Source: Candidatus Nomurabacteria bacterium RIFCSPLOWO2_01_FULL_42_17
Lineage (GTDB): Bacteria; Patescibacteriota; Minisyncoccia; Phycocordibacterales; UBA9973
Direction: 5' to 3'
DNA: 64,000 nucleotides
Assembly: GCA_001785985.1 (NCBI GenBank)
Contig: MFVE01000005.1
Span: forward strand, 16,556 to 80,555
The notes under the pieces were generated by a model that was given only the letters and a program-made list of their open reading frames with translations, had not been told where the DNA came from and made no database searches. Every line of letters starts with the position of its first letter. Positions within the stretch are counted from its first letter, which is position 1. Positions 30,240 to 40,417 of the stretch are shown in pieces. The position numbers were made by a program, and so were the translations under genes.

Positions 30240-30875
30240 TTAATTTACTTGAATTCTTCCTGATAGATATATTTTAATTTTAGCATTGGCTGATTTCGGC
30301 GAAGCAATACTGATTTGCACATAGGAAACAGCAGAAGAAAAAGAAGTGCTTGATTTTATTTCTGCGCTCGAGCTGGGTCTAGAAAAAGAAATAGTTAGAT
30401 CGTCTAAGGACTCAGAACCGCCGGATTGATAAAAAACATCTAAACTGGAAATGTAATTCCCCCTGGTAATAGTAATCGGATCTATGCATTCCCCTGTGCA
30501 GTCCGAGCCATCAAACAAGCCATCTTCGTTGAGATCAGAAAAATAAATAAAACTTTCATCATCAGCTGCTTTATCTATGTGGACTCCATAGGCAGGTTTC
30601 CAGGTTGAATCTATCTGCAACTGCTGGGTCAAGGGCGGCAATTTGCCGGACAAAGATGACTTTTGCGCTTCCACAATCTTCAAAGCAATATCGCTGGCTA
30701 AATTTTTGATATCGACTTTCGCTTGAAATTCCCCGTAATTAAAAATGACAATAGAGGCCATGACAGAAAAAATACTCAACACAACAATGAGCTCTACATA
30801 GGTCATTCCTCTATTCAGCTTATTAGCTTGTAGCTTGTAGCTTGTAGTATTTGGTATTTTAAAATTAAAAATCAT
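30240..30875 (-). CDS. Minor pilin, FimT/GspH-like
   Basis: GMTYVELIVVL prepilin motif; leader contains TAGCTTG repeats. Confidence 0.75.
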   Translation of the reverse strand: MIFNFKIPNTTSYKLQANKLNRGMTYVELIVVLSIFSVMASIVIFNYGEFQAKVDIKNLASDIALKIVEAQKSSLSGKLPPLTQQLQIDSTWKPAYGVHIDKAADDESFIYFSDLNEDGLFDGSDCTGECIDPITITRGNYISSLDVFYQSGGSESLDDLTISFSRPSSSAEIKSSTSFSSAVSYVQISIASPKSANAKIKIYLSGRIQVN

Positions 30876-31675
30876 ATATTAAAAAAATTTAATTCAAATA
30901 TAAACGCCAGAAAGGTTCCCAAAACTAAAAACGGGGCAAAAGGAATTTCGCTTTTCATTCCCCGAAAAGAACTCAGAAGACGAATTTTTCCACTCTTGGA
31001 GAGTATAATCATGATTATACCAATAATTGCCCCAGACCAGAAAGCGATCGCCAGCGCAGAGAGAGCGAGAGAGATAGGGAGTAGCCAGCCGATACCGAGC
31101 GCTAATTTAGCGTCTCCCAAACCCATCCATCTGCCGCGAGATAAGAGCCAAAATAAAGCAAAAGGGAGAGCCGTGAATATTCCCGACAAGAGAGTAAACC
31201 AGCTACTTCTATCAAACAAAAACAAACCCGCAAATGCCAGAATCCCGAAAATAAGGGCGAGTATGTCCGGGATTATTTTATGCCTCCAATCATAGGCCAC
31301 GATCACCAATAATAAAGAAAAGGTAATCGCGTAATAGACATAAGTAACAGCGAACAAAGGCGCAGAGGTAAATAAAACATCAGAGAATTTAAAAAACAAA
31401 AAAGCAAAAATCGTACCAGTCGCAAGCTCTACTAATGGATATTGGATTGATATTTTAGCTTTGCAAGTTTTACACCTGCCCTTTAATCCCAAAAAACTAA
31501 ATAGCGGTATGAGCTCATACCAGGCAAGCTGACGACCGCAAGAGAGGCAAGCGCTCCGTCCGCTAAAAGACTCAAAAAAGGACTTTCGCGTACCCCACCG
31601 AAAAATGACGACATTCAAGAAACTGCCGATGATGAGACCGAGAAGAAAGAAAATAATTGTAAAAGTTAAAATCAT
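30872..31675 (-). CDS. pilD: Prepilin peptidase
   Basis: GSFLNVVI, RSACLSC, LIPLFSF..LKGRCKTC, ISIQYPLVE, MGLGDAKL, IPFAPFL. Confidence 0.94.
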   Translation of the reverse strand: MILTFTIIFFLLGLIIGSFLNVVIFRWGTRKSFFESFSGRSACLSCGRQLAWYELIPLFSFLGLKGRCKTCKAKISIQYPLVELATGTIFAFLFFKFSDVLFTSAPLFAVTYVYYAITFSLLLVIVAYDWRHKIIPDILALIFGILAFAGLFLFDRSSWFTLLSGIFTALPFALFWLLSRGRWMGLGDAKLALGIGWLLPISLALSALAIAFWSGAIIGIIMIILSKSGKIRLLSSFRGMKSEIPFAPFLVLGTFLAFIFELNFFNI

Positions 31676-31688
31676 GTACTAGCTAAAA

Positions 31689-32168
31689 TTAAGCGCAAAC
31701 AGTTCCGGCCCCGATACTGACAGCTTCTTGTTTAGACTTGCCCGTACTATCCACACACCATACTTGTCCCGCAGTCTTCAGCGGAACCTCAGCCGCCCAA
31801 GCATCCGGGCTGTCATTACAGGTCGCTACTGTTGTAGAAGCAGGAGGAACGTTATTGATGCCATAGCTCGAAAGACCACTGGCTTTTGCAGCCGCTAAAA
31901 CAAACGAACCGACGCCATTAGCCCCATCAACCAAGCCGTCAGTGCAAGCATCCGTGTAGGTATTTTTATTGGCAGTTCTAGTGTTATATAATATCTCTCC
32001 TTGTGATATGGCATTTCTTAAATTTGTTTTCACCCCCGCATCTGCGCCTTTATTTTTAGCATTATTTAATGCCACAAGCACAACGGAAGCCAAGATGCCG
32101 ATAATGGACACCACCACCAAGAGCTCGATCAATGTAAATCCAGATTTAAAATTTTTGTTTGAATTCAT
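31689..32168 (-). CDS. Type IV pilin
   Basis: GFTLIELLVVVSIIGILASVV; C-terminal WCVDSTG disulfide region; paralog of the next gene. Confidence 0.92.
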   Translation of the reverse strand: MNSNKNFKSGFTLIELLVVVSIIGILASVVLVALNNAKNKGADAGVKTNLRNAISQGEILYNTRTANKNTYTDACTDGLVDGANGVGSFVLAAAKASGLSSYGINNVPPASTTVATCNDSPDAWAAEVPLKTAGQVWCVDSTGKSKQEAVSIGAGTVCA

Positions 32169-32230
32169 TTTTTATAAAAATCATTAATTATTATAATAAA
32201 AGCTTTTGGTATTATATCACATATCTAAAC

Positions 32231-32270
32231 ACAAAAACCACCCTGAGTTGCCTCGAAGGGTGGTTTTTGT
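32231..32270. terminator. Intrinsic terminator downstream of the probable major pilin
   Basis: ACAAAAACCACCCT-N12-AGGGTGGTTTTTGT, 14-bp stem with T-run on either strand. Confidence 0.75.
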
Positions 32271-32299
32271 TCTACTCTTCTTAAGAATTAATCAGAGAG

Positions 32300-32743
32300 C
32301 TATGCACAGACAGTCGCTGCACCAAGAGCATCGTCTTCTATCTTTGACTGACCTGTGGAATCTACACACCAATAGTCAGTAGCAGAAGTAGCGTCTATGA
32401 CATTTGTTGATTTAACTTCAGCAGAAGCCGCCCATGCAGTAGCTGTATCATTGCAGACAAATGTACCTCCACCAGCCGTAGCTGCCGCCGCACCCGCTGC
32501 TGCAATAGTATCATCATCGCATACGCCAGTGTAAGCTTGCGGATCAGCATCATCATAGAAGATCTCTGCTTGAGGTCGGATATTCGCCAAGTTTGCCTTT
32601 ACCGCCGCATCTGCGCCTTTAGAACGCGCTGTGTTGAGTGACGCCAACACAACCGAAGCCAAAATACCGATGATAGCCACGACCACCAAGAGCTCAATCA
32701 ACGTAAAACCCAAATTCTTTCTTTTTAAATTCATTTTTTTCAT
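32300..32743 (-). CDS. pilA: Type IV pilin (probable major pilin)
   Basis: GFTLIELLVVVAIIGILASVVLASL; own -10 (TGATATAAT near 32820) and terminator. Confidence 0.88.
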   Translation of the reverse strand: MKKMNLKRKNLGFTLIELLVVVAIIGILASVVLASLNTARSKGADAAVKANLANIRPQAEIFYDDADPQAYTGVCDDDTIAAAGAAAATAGGGTFVCNDTATAWAASAEVKSTNVIDATSATDYWCVDSTGQSKIEDDALGAATVCA

Positions 32744-32938
32744 ACTAAATTCTATTATTAATAAACTTATAATTTTCCCGCCTATAGCGGAAATTTCGAC
32801 TTATTTTTAATGGACTTATTATATCACGGACACAATAATGTATAGGCAAGAGAGTTATCCACAGGGATAGCTTATTAGGAATTAGCTGGTAGCTTGTAGA
32901 AAAAAGCTATCGCCTACAAGCTAATTAGCTACAAGCTG

Positions 32939-34147
32939 TTAACTTATCCCTCCAGCCAGATTGTAAATAGGCATAAGTACAGACACAAGCAATATTCCTA
33001 CCCCCAATCCTAAAACCACGATCATGACCGGCTCGATCAAGCCTACTAATGTATCGATGGCGTCATCCACTTCACGCCGATAAAACTCACTGAGGGTTTT
33101 TAAAATTTCTCCCAAAGAACCTGTCTCTTCACCCACTTGCGTTATTTGCACGAAAATACCCGGTATTTCTTCTTTGTGTTTCGCAAAGGCCAGAGAAAGC
33201 GAAAGGCCGGATTTTACTCCGTCTGCCACTTCCCCTAGCAGCGCCTTATAGACGCGGCTGCCAACAACTTCGCCAGTGATATCGATAGCTCGCACGATGG
33301 GCACTCCAGAGGAGAGCATGGTGTGCAAGTTGTCTGTTATTCTAGAAAGATAAAGCTTCTTATACAAATTTCCTACCGCTGGCGCAGAAAGTTTTAATGA
33401 ATCCAGATATTGTTTGCCTTTTTCGGTCGCTGACAATCTCCAAACCCAGATGGCAAGCAAAACCAAGAAAATCAGCATGAAAAAACCATATTGAGTGAAA
33501 ATATTGGAAATCCCGATAACTATTTTTGTGTAAAAAGGAACTGTCTGCCCAGAGTCCAAAATAATAGAAGAAAGTTTTGGAATAACAACCACAAACATCA
33601 GGGTCATCACCACAAAAAATGTAACAACAACGAAAACCGGATAAATGAGCGCATTTCGAGTCTTCGAAGTCAGGGAATATTGGCGATCTAGGTAGTCCGC
33701 TAAGTGTAAAAATGTCTGGTTGAGCTTCCCCGTCTCTTCGCCTACCTTGACCATATTTACATAGAAATTTGAAAATACATCGGGATGCTTCGCGAGTGAG
33801 CCAGAAATAGAAACTCCGGCTTGGAGGTCATCGCTGATGGCATTGAGTTTCTTGGCTAGAAGTTTATTTTCGGTATTGCCTGCCAGCATCGTAAAAGATT
33901 TCAACGCCGAGACTTGAGCTTCAAAGAGCGTAGCGATCTGACGGGAAAGAATCACAATTTCCTTATTGGAAACTCGGTCAAAAAAAGAAGCTGAAAAAAT
34001 AGATTTCTTATCGCCCTCTTCTTTTATCGAAATAATGACGAGTCCCCTCCTCTGGAGTCCGCTGATCGCCGCATCGCGAGTAGACGCGTCGATTTCTCCC
34101 TCTTTATTTGCGCCCTCCGCATCGATTGCTTTATATTTAAACAGCAT
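32939..34147 (-). CDS. pilC: Type IV pilus platform protein
   Basis: RQIATLFEA, MVKVGEETGKL, ALIYP, VGEETGSL, LIEPVMIVVLG. Confidence 0.93.
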   Translation of the reverse strand: MLFKYKAIDAEGANKEGEIDASTRDAAISGLQRRGLVIISIKEEGDKKSIFSASFFDRVSNKEIVILSRQIATLFEAQVSALKSFTMLAGNTENKLLAKKLNAISDDLQAGVSISGSLAKHPDVFSNFYVNMVKVGEETGKLNQTFLHLADYLDRQYSLTSKTRNALIYPVFVVVTFFVVMTLMFVVVIPKLSSIILDSGQTVPFYTKIVIGISNIFTQYGFFMLIFLVLLAIWVWRLSATEKGKQYLDSLKLSAPAVGNLYKKLYLSRITDNLHTMLSSGVPIVRAIDITGEVVGSRVYKALLGEVADGVKSGLSLSLAFAKHKEEIPGIFVQITQVGEETGSLGEILKTLSEFYRREVDDAIDTLVGLIEPVMIVVLGLGVGILLVSVLMPIYNLAGGIS

Positions 34148-34175
34148 AATTTTAAATTTTTAAATATTGAAATGT

Positions 34176-35234
34176 TTATATCATTCTTTCGAGGCCTTTC
34201 GGATTGAGCGAATACTGGTAAGCATTTTCGATCGTTATCTCGCCGGCGCGCACAAGCTCCATCAGGGAATGGTTCAAGTCTATCATCCCAGACTCTGACC
34301 CCGTCTCGATGACCACGTCTATTTCATGCGTGCGTTTTTCACGGATTAAATTTGAAACAGCGCTATTGTTTAAGAGAAGCTCATAAGCGGGAATCAGTCC
34401 GCCGGTAATTCTAGGAATTAATCTCTGGGAAAAAATACCGAGAAGCGAAGCCGCCAGCTGGGCGCGGATCTGGTCTTGCTGATCACCCGGAAAAGAATCG
34501 ATGATTCTATCTATAGTCTGAGAAGCGTTGTTAGTATGCAAAGTCGAAAACACGAGATGTCCTGTCTCGGCCGCCGTGACTGCGGTAGCGATAGTCGCAG
34601 GCGTGCGCATTTCTCCTATCATTATTACATTTACATCTTCCCGAAAAACTGACTTGAGCGCTACATGAAAATCTTGAGTATCGATACCAATTTCACGCTG
34701 ATTAATTATGGATTTATTAGGAACATAGACATGCTCGATCGGATCCTCGATCGTTATGATATTGCGCGCCTGTTCATTATTGATCAAATCCACCATGGCC
34801 GAAAGGGTGGTTGATTTGCCTTGTCCCACCGGACCCACAACCAAGAAAAATCCTTGTTTTTTTCGGGCCAGATCAGCAATGATCGGAGGTAAGTGCAATT
34901 CACCTATCGTCTTTACTTTCGGCACCAGACGAAAAACTAGGTTCATCAGGCCTTTTTGAAAAAAAGCATTGCCGCGCAATCGCGCTTCTCCTCGAAAATC
35001 ATAAGAGAAATCCGCCTCTTGATTTTCTATAAATTTATCTATCTTCGCCTTGGGTAAGACTTCGCCTAAAATTCCGAGCGTGTCTTCAGCCGTCAAGACT
35101 GGATTTTTGACCAGAAAGATCAATTCTCCCGAGACCCGAATCACCGGCACTCGGCCGGTACCTAAATGCAGGTCTGATCCGCCTTCGCGGATGACAGTCA
35201 AAATAAGTTCTTCAAGTATCTTTTTGTAATCCAT
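34176..35234 (-). CDS. pilT: Type IV pilus retraction ATPase
   Basis: GSDLHL, GPVGQGKSTT, TIEDPIE, REDVNVIMIGEMR, AETGHLVFSTLHT, NLIRE. Confidence 0.93.
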   Translation of the reverse strand: MDYKKILEELILTVIREGGSDLHLGTGRVPVIRVSGELIFLVKNPVLTAEDTLGILGEVLPKAKIDKFIENQEADFSYDFRGEARLRGNAFFQKGLMNLVFRLVPKVKTIGELHLPPIIADLARKKQGFFLVVGPVGQGKSTTLSAMVDLINNEQARNIITIEDPIEHVYVPNKSIINQREIGIDTQDFHVALKSVFREDVNVIMIGEMRTPATIATAVTAAETGHLVFSTLHTNNASQTIDRIIDSFPGDQQDQIRAQLAASLLGIFSQRLIPRITGGLIPAYELLLNNSAVSNLIREKRTHEIDVVIETGSESGMIDLNHSLMELVRAGEITIENAYQYSLNPKGLERMI

Positions 35235-35243
35235 GATTATTTT

Positions 35244-35663
35244 TTAATTTGTCGCCTTTAGACCGGCGGGCACCGAAGATTTTTTAGACAAAATATTTAT
35301 CACCTGACTGATCACTTCGACCGGAGTCGAATTCGCCTTGATAATATAACCCGCTACTCCCAGACTATTGCCTCGGTCGATGTCTGCCTGCTGGCTCTTG
35401 TTAGACAAAATGATTTTTACAGAATTCGGAGACAATTTCTCCGTATTTATTTTTTCCAACATTTCAAAACCATCCATCTCCGGCATGATGATGTCTATCA
35501 GCATCACGTCCGGAGACAATCCTCCTTTGATCTTCTCTATAGCTTGCACACCACTCCCCTCTGTATACACCTCAAAATTATTTTGGCTAAATTTGAGCGC
35601 ATACATATCTAAAAGAAAACTGTCGTCGTCAATTATTAAAATTTTTTTCTTTTGTCCTTCCAT
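35244..35663 (-). CDS. Single-domain response regulator (REC)
   Basis: ILIIDDD, PDVMLIDIIMPEMDG, YIIK; lies between pilB and pilT. Confidence 0.9.
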   Translation of the reverse strand: MEGQKKKILIIDDDSFLLDMYALKFSQNNFEVYTEGSGVQAIEKIKGGLSPDVMLIDIIMPEMDGFEMLEKINTEKLSPNSVKIILSNKSQQADIDRGNSLGVAGYIIKANSTPVEVISQVINILSKKSSVPAGLKATN

Positions 35664-35697
35664 GGTTTTTAATTATACTATAAAATAATTTGTCAAG

Positions 35698-37449
35698 CTA
35701 CTCATTTTCATTGCTAAAGTTATATACCTCGGTAAAAGGAATAGTGCCCTCGATGGATTTGAGCATCGCGTCTTCTTTCATCATCAGCATTCCCTTGCGG
35801 CGGGCAACCTTATAAATTTCCCCATTGGTCGGGCTTTTTAATATTGTGTTCTGCATCTCCTTATCCACTTTAAACATTTCAAAAACAGCAATTCGACCCC
35901 TGGTGCCAGAAGGACATTCCGAAGACGGTACGGTGTCATACATCTGTCCGTCCCCTCGAATTTCCTTTTTAAATTCAGCCGGCAAGTCTTTCATTTGCTG
36001 TTCAATTTGCAGTTTAATGCTCTCATCCATCGGCACAAGTTTTCGAGAACTAGGACAAGTCATGCGCGCCAGACGTTGCGCCACAGACAGAATTAGGGTC
36101 GGCGCGATCAAATACGGATCAACGCCCATGTCCACCAAGCGAGGCACCGCGCCGATAGCATTATTCGTATGCAGAGTCGAGATCACGAGGTGTCCGGTCA
36201 AAGCCGCCTGGATAGCCAGCTGAGCTGTTTCTTTGTCGCGAATTTCTCCAACCATTATTATATCCGGATCTTGACGCAAAATGGAACGAAGTCCTGAAGC
36301 AAAAGTATATCCGATCTCCGGCATCATTTGCGACTGATTAATGTCCGGCATGTGGTATTCGACCGGATCCTCGAGCGAGACAATATTGCTTTTCTCTTTG
36401 TCGAGCTCATTCATCATCGAATAGAGAGTCGTGGATTTTCCAGATCCGGTCGGGCCAGTGATGAGGATGAGTCCATACGGCTTTGCGATCGCTTCCCGAA
36501 CCAGCTCCAGATTGACTTTGGATAAACCGAGTTGGTCGAGCGGCTTGACTCCTTTTTCAGAATCTAAAATACGCATGACGATCTTCTCGCCGTAATAGGC
36601 AGGCATAGAGGAGACGCGGAAATCAATCTTGCGCCCGTCAATATTCGCGCTGAAACTCCCGTCTTGAGGCTTCCTTTTCTCATCTAACCGCAATTTGGCT
36701 AAAATTTTTATGCGCGCGATTATCCCGCCGTAAACATTTGGCGGCAAGACTATAGTGGTGTGCAGGATACCATCCACCCGAAAACGCACCTTGACTTTTT
36801 CTCCGGTAAACTCGATGTGGATATCGGAAGCTCCTCCCTCTAAAGCATTGCGCAAGATGACAGCCACAATTTTGATGACTGGCGCGTCTTCCACTATTTT
36901 TGCTTGTTCGCCTTCTTTGACATCTTTAATCTCTTTACTTAAATTCTCCTCGCCAATGATATTCTTGACCTCCAGCATGCTGTCTTGATCGAGCTCGTTC
37001 AGTGCTTGTTCCACCTGACTACCGATGCCTTTGTAAGTTTGCATGATACTTTCGTAATCACTCTTGGAAATGAGGTAGATCTTGAACGGAATACCCAGCT
37101 TGGTAGAAATAAATTGCAAGGCGCTCTGCGCTTCTATATCCTCCCCATTAATGACCCCCACTTCGAGCACTCCATCCAAAAGCTCAATCGGAACAAAATG
37201 ATAATGCGCTGCTGAATCTTCTGAAATGTATTGCAAAGCCTTGAAAGTCGGTGCGGTCTTATTCAATTTTTTCACCGGCATATTTAAATACTTTCCTTTT
37301 GCTTCAAGAATTTTTTCTTCTGCCACTCCGGATTCGATCAAAGCCTGGTCGATGTCGCCTTGGTGTTTCGTCTCCGCCAGAGTTTTAATCTCGCCTATCT
37401 GGCTCTTTTTGATTATAGCTTCTTTGACTAGCTCTTCTAGAAAACTCAT
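35698..37449 (-). CDS. pilB: Type IV pilus assembly ATPase
   Basis: ASDIHIE, RFRVDG, PQDG, GPTGSGKSTTLY, EDPVEY, LRQDPDIIMVGEIRD, TGHLVISTLHTN. Confidence 0.95.
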   Translation of the reverse strand: MSFLEELVKEAIIKKSQIGEIKTLAETKHQGDIDQALIESGVAEEKILEAKGKYLNMPVKKLNKTAPTFKALQYISEDSAAHYHFVPIELLDGVLEVGVINGEDIEAQSALQFISTKLGIPFKIYLISKSDYESIMQTYKGIGSQVEQALNELDQDSMLEVKNIIGEENLSKEIKDVKEGEQAKIVEDAPVIKIVAVILRNALEGGASDIHIEFTGEKVKVRFRVDGILHTTIVLPPNVYGGIIARIKILAKLRLDEKRKPQDGSFSANIDGRKIDFRVSSMPAYYGEKIVMRILDSEKGVKPLDQLGLSKVNLELVREAIAKPYGLILITGPTGSGKSTTLYSMMNELDKEKSNIVSLEDPVEYHMPDINQSQMMPEIGYTFASGLRSILRQDPDIIMVGEIRDKETAQLAIQAALTGHLVISTLHTNNAIGAVPRLVDMGVDPYLIAPTLILSVAQRLARMTCPSSRKLVPMDESIKLQIEQQMKDLPAEFKKEIRGDGQMYDTVPSSECPSGTRGRIAVFEMFKVDKEMQNTILKSPTNGEIYKVARRKGMLMMKEDAMLKSIEGTIPFTEVYNFSNENE

Positions 37450-37532
37450 CCCGTTAGAAGCAGGTCGCGGTCAAAAAACCGTGACTAAGCTTAGTTATAG
37501 CTATTAAATTGCGACCGCGGCTTCTAACGGGA
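37449..37532. mobile_element. MITE-like TCCCGTTAGA element abutting the pilB start codon
   Basis: TCCCGTTAGAAGC...GCTTCTAACGGGA 13-bp inverted ends with inner GGTCGC/GCGACC. Confidence 0.65.
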
Positions 37533-37539
37533 CTCATAA

Positions 37540-37884
37540 TTAATTTGAGAGCGGAGCAAATGGATTAATTCTGCCTTCCGTTCCGTCCTGGACAAGGGTA
37601 ATGCTGGAATCATGCAGACTGGTAAACGCGATATCGGCAAAAATAGAATCATCTAGTTTTATACTTTTGACAGAAAGAAGCAGATTTAAGAAGTCCGCCG
37701 TCACAGCCTTGTCCACGCCATTTGCCGGAGTACTTTGACTTGTCGGAGTCGGAGCCCCCGCAGAAGAAACCGCAGACGAAACCAAGCCGGCCGGCTCAGG
37801 ATCGGGTTTGATAAAAAATATATAGATCAGCACAAAGGCTGCTCCGATCGCTACAAATATGATGATGTTTTTTAATTTTGCCAT
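37540..37884 (-). CDS. Pilus-locus membrane protein (PilP position)
   Basis: N-terminal TM helix, Pro/Ser/Thr linker, GRINPF; located after pilO. Confidence 0.55.
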   Translation of the reverse strand: MAKLKNIIIFVAIGAAFVLIYIFFIKPDPEPAGLVSSAVSSAGAPTPTSQSTPANGVDKAVTADFLNLLLSVKSIKLDDSIFADIAFTSLHDSSITLVQDGTEGRINPFAPLSN

Positions 37885-37885
37885 T

Positions 37886-38509
37886 TTAATTTTTCAACCA
37901 ATACGTCTTAATTTTAAAATCATATTTATAAGATTCGAGAGCGGTAGAACCGGCAGTCGCGCCGGAACCGCTCGGCGTGGCAGAAGAAAATTGAATGGAG
38001 GATATATCCACGATTCGCAGATTGCGCTCCAGGTCTCTCGTAAAATTAAGAAAATTATTATAAGTGCCGGTGGTGGAAAAAGACAAATCCCAGACTCCAT
38101 AAACCTTGTTTGTAGCGGCAACAACCGGAGTGCCTCCTGCTGCCACTGCCGCGCCAGAGATAGTTTTAGGAGTGGTTTTAGGAGCTTCGGTGGCGTTATA
38201 TTTGATATCTTTCAAGACCATACCATAAGGCAAAGCTATCTGTTCTATTTCTAGAATCAAACGTATGTTGTCAATATTTTCTGGCAGAAGTTTTTGGATT
38301 TTTTCCAAATCATCCTTGCTGATAGAATTATGTTTTAAAGTTAGTTTGTCTCGTTCATTTTCAAGCGCCTTGGAATTAGAGAGAGCTTCATTGTATGAAG
38401 CCACCTGCGCCTGCAGGACTCCAATATCCTTTAGAAAAGGATTAGCAAACATGAAAAAGACCGTCACGCTGATTCCTATTAAAATGACCGGCATAATAAA
38501 TCGCATCAT
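37886..38509 (-). CDS. pilO: PilO-like pilus alignment protein
   Basis: TM helix, coiled coil, LLP, GTYNNFLNFTRDLERNLRIVDI. Confidence 0.8.
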   Translation of the reverse strand: MMRFIMPVILIGISVTVFFMFANPFLKDIGVLQAQVASYNEALSNSKALENERDKLTLKHNSISKDDLEKIQKLLPENIDNIRLILEIEQIALPYGMVLKDIKYNATEAPKTTPKTISGAAVAAGGTPVVAATNKVYGVWDLSFSTTGTYNNFLNFTRDLERNLRIVDISSIQFSSATPSGSGATAGSTALESYKYDFKIKTYWLKN

Positions 38510-38515
38510 AAAAAA

Positions 38516-39142
38516 TTAAACTGGGCTCTCTGTTAAAAGCGTCTGTTTATAATCCACAAAAGACGGATCGACCGAAAACTCTAAATCAAAAAGCACATTG
38601 CCTTTGTCATCCAGCGTCAGATTGGAAAAAACAGGATCAATAAAATTCTTGCCCTCTTCCTTGGTGGTAAAAAGATCGGCTTGCAGAGCGATCGAACGAT
38701 ACCCCACCGCCGCACCGCTCATCCTGATGATCACTTTGTTCGCATTTTTGGGATCTTTTTCATCGCCTAAACTATAACTAAACTTGGTATAACGGATTGT
38801 TTGCATGGTCACAGCCGAGAGCGCGTTGAAAACTGGGGTGATGGCTATGTGCTTAGATAATATTTCACTCGAGGCGCGCAACCGTTTGTCGAGCAATTGA
38901 AGCTCTGTTATTTTGGAAGGCTCGAAACGGTTCTTGGCCAGATTTAAATCATTCCCCATCTTTGTGATACTTCCCCCGACAACTCCTTTATAGAAAAAAA
39001 GTCCGCCGGTAACCAAAAGGACCGTGAATAAAATAAAGATAGAAACAATGGTGAGGATCCCGATGGAGCGCTTCGAAGATGTAGCGCGTTCTACCACCAT
39101 CGGTTTCTTGGGTATGAATGATGTTTGAAAATTCGGCTCCAT
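38516..39142 (-). CDS. pilN: PilN-like pilus alignment protein
   Basis: FQTSFIPKK N-terminal motif, TM helix; located between pilM and pilO. Confidence 0.7.
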   Translation of the reverse strand: MEPNFQTSFIPKKPMVVERATSSKRSIGILTIVSIFILFTVLLVTGGLFFYKGVVGGSITKMGNDLNLAKNRFEPSKITELQLLDKRLRASSEILSKHIAITPVFNALSAVTMQTIRYTKFSYSLGDEKDPKNANKVIIRMSGAAVGYRSIALQADLFTTKEEGKNFIDPVFSNLTLDDKGNVLFDLEFSVDPSFVDYKQTLLTESPV

Positions 39143-39218
39143 TGTACTCTATTATATTACAAAACAAAAGATAACAAAAGCGGAATGTGCATAACTTTCG
39201 TCCATGCTTAGCTAAATT

Positions 39219-40358
39219 TTACTGCAATTTTCTAAGCGCCAGTCCGAGCGCGACTGCAAATTCGGGGCCCATCGTTTCTAGGACTTTTCCTAGAAATTCT
39301 GGAGCATTCACCTTGGAGAATGGATGGCCGATTTCTATTTCCGCTCGAAAATTACTTGTCGCGACTTCTGGAATCCCTTTCATGAGAGAGCCGCCGCCGG
39401 TGAATATGACTTTGCTGATGGTTCGACTGTATCTCTTTTCATATTCCAATAACACATTGTTGGTTTCGGCAAAAATATAATCAACATGGATTTTAATGAT
39501 ATCAGCCAAGCTTTTCTCTAGCGGATTGCCAAAGAGGCCGAATTCTTTTTTCATCTTTTCCGCTTCGGAAAAAGGAATGCTCAAAGATTGCGAGATGGAT
39601 TGGGTGATGTCCGCGCCTCCCCTGTCTATAGTGTGATAGCTTTTCACCATGCCGAATTCGACGATAGAGAGTTTGGTGCGAGATGCGCCGAAGTCCATCA
39701 GCAAGACCGGCGAGAGTTCGTGTTCGAAATTCGCCCGAATGGAAGAAAATATTTCAATCTCAAAAAAAGAAGCAGAGAGAGAACAAAGAGAAACGAGAGA
39801 GCGATACTTTGCAATGGCGTCATTTTGAGTGGCGACCACGAGCACATTTGTCTTGTCCGCGGGTTTTTGCGGAAGATCAGGACCGCTTGGAGTCAGGTTC
39901 ATCTCCTCAAAAGTAGATTGTTTTTTAGGCAGTAAGAAATAATCCAGAGAGACTTCGGTGATCGGCACTGGGATATATTTGCGAGCCTCGGTGGGAATGA
40001 TTGCTCCCATCTCGCCTTCTTTGATGGTGGGTGGTAATTCCAGAGTAAAAATCAGACTAGATTGTACAGGAATAGAAAAAGCCGCAGACGAAGCAGTCAC
40101 CCCGGACTGTTTCAAGACTTCTCGGACAGCATCTGACAATTTCTCAACCGAGAGGTTCGTAACGCGCCCGATATCGAGAGTGTCATAAGGCCCCAGCGCG
40201 ATCGCGCCATAAGTCTCCAGCATCACCTTGCCTCCTTTTCTTTTGATCTCAACCACCTTGATAGCCGAAGAACCGATGTCGATCCCGACAGCGCTATTTT
40301 CCCCACCTGCCCCAATGTTACCTATTTTGGAAATAATATTTTGTAATATATTACTCAT
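39219..40358 (-). CDS. pilM: PilM actin-like pilus protein
   Basis: VGIDIGSSAIKVVE, EARKYIP, MDFGASRT, FTGGGS, ALGLALR. Confidence 0.92.
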   Translation of the reverse strand: MSNILQNIISKIGNIGAGGENSAVGIDIGSSAIKVVEIKRKGGKVMLETYGAIALGPYDTLDIGRVTNLSVEKLSDAVREVLKQSGVTASSAAFSIPVQSSLIFTLELPPTIKEGEMGAIIPTEARKYIPVPITEVSLDYFLLPKKQSTFEEMNLTPSGPDLPQKPADKTNVLVVATQNDAIAKYRSLVSLCSLSASFFEIEIFSSIRANFEHELSPVLLMDFGASRTKLSIVEFGMVKSYHTIDRGGADITQSISQSLSIPFSEAEKMKKEFGLFGNPLEKSLADIIKIHVDYIFAETNNVLLEYEKRYSRTISKVIFTGGGSLMKGIPEVATSNFRAEIEIGHPFSKVNAPEFLGKVLETMGPEFAVALGLALRKLQ

Positions 40359-40417
40359 TAATTTGTGGTAAAATACCCCTTGAGTATATCATATAAGTGT
40401 CCCGTTAGAAAATCAGC

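Noticed and set aside
32854-32863. Replication origin
   Set aside because: It is a single DnaA box with no cluster and no dnaA or dnaN nearby.
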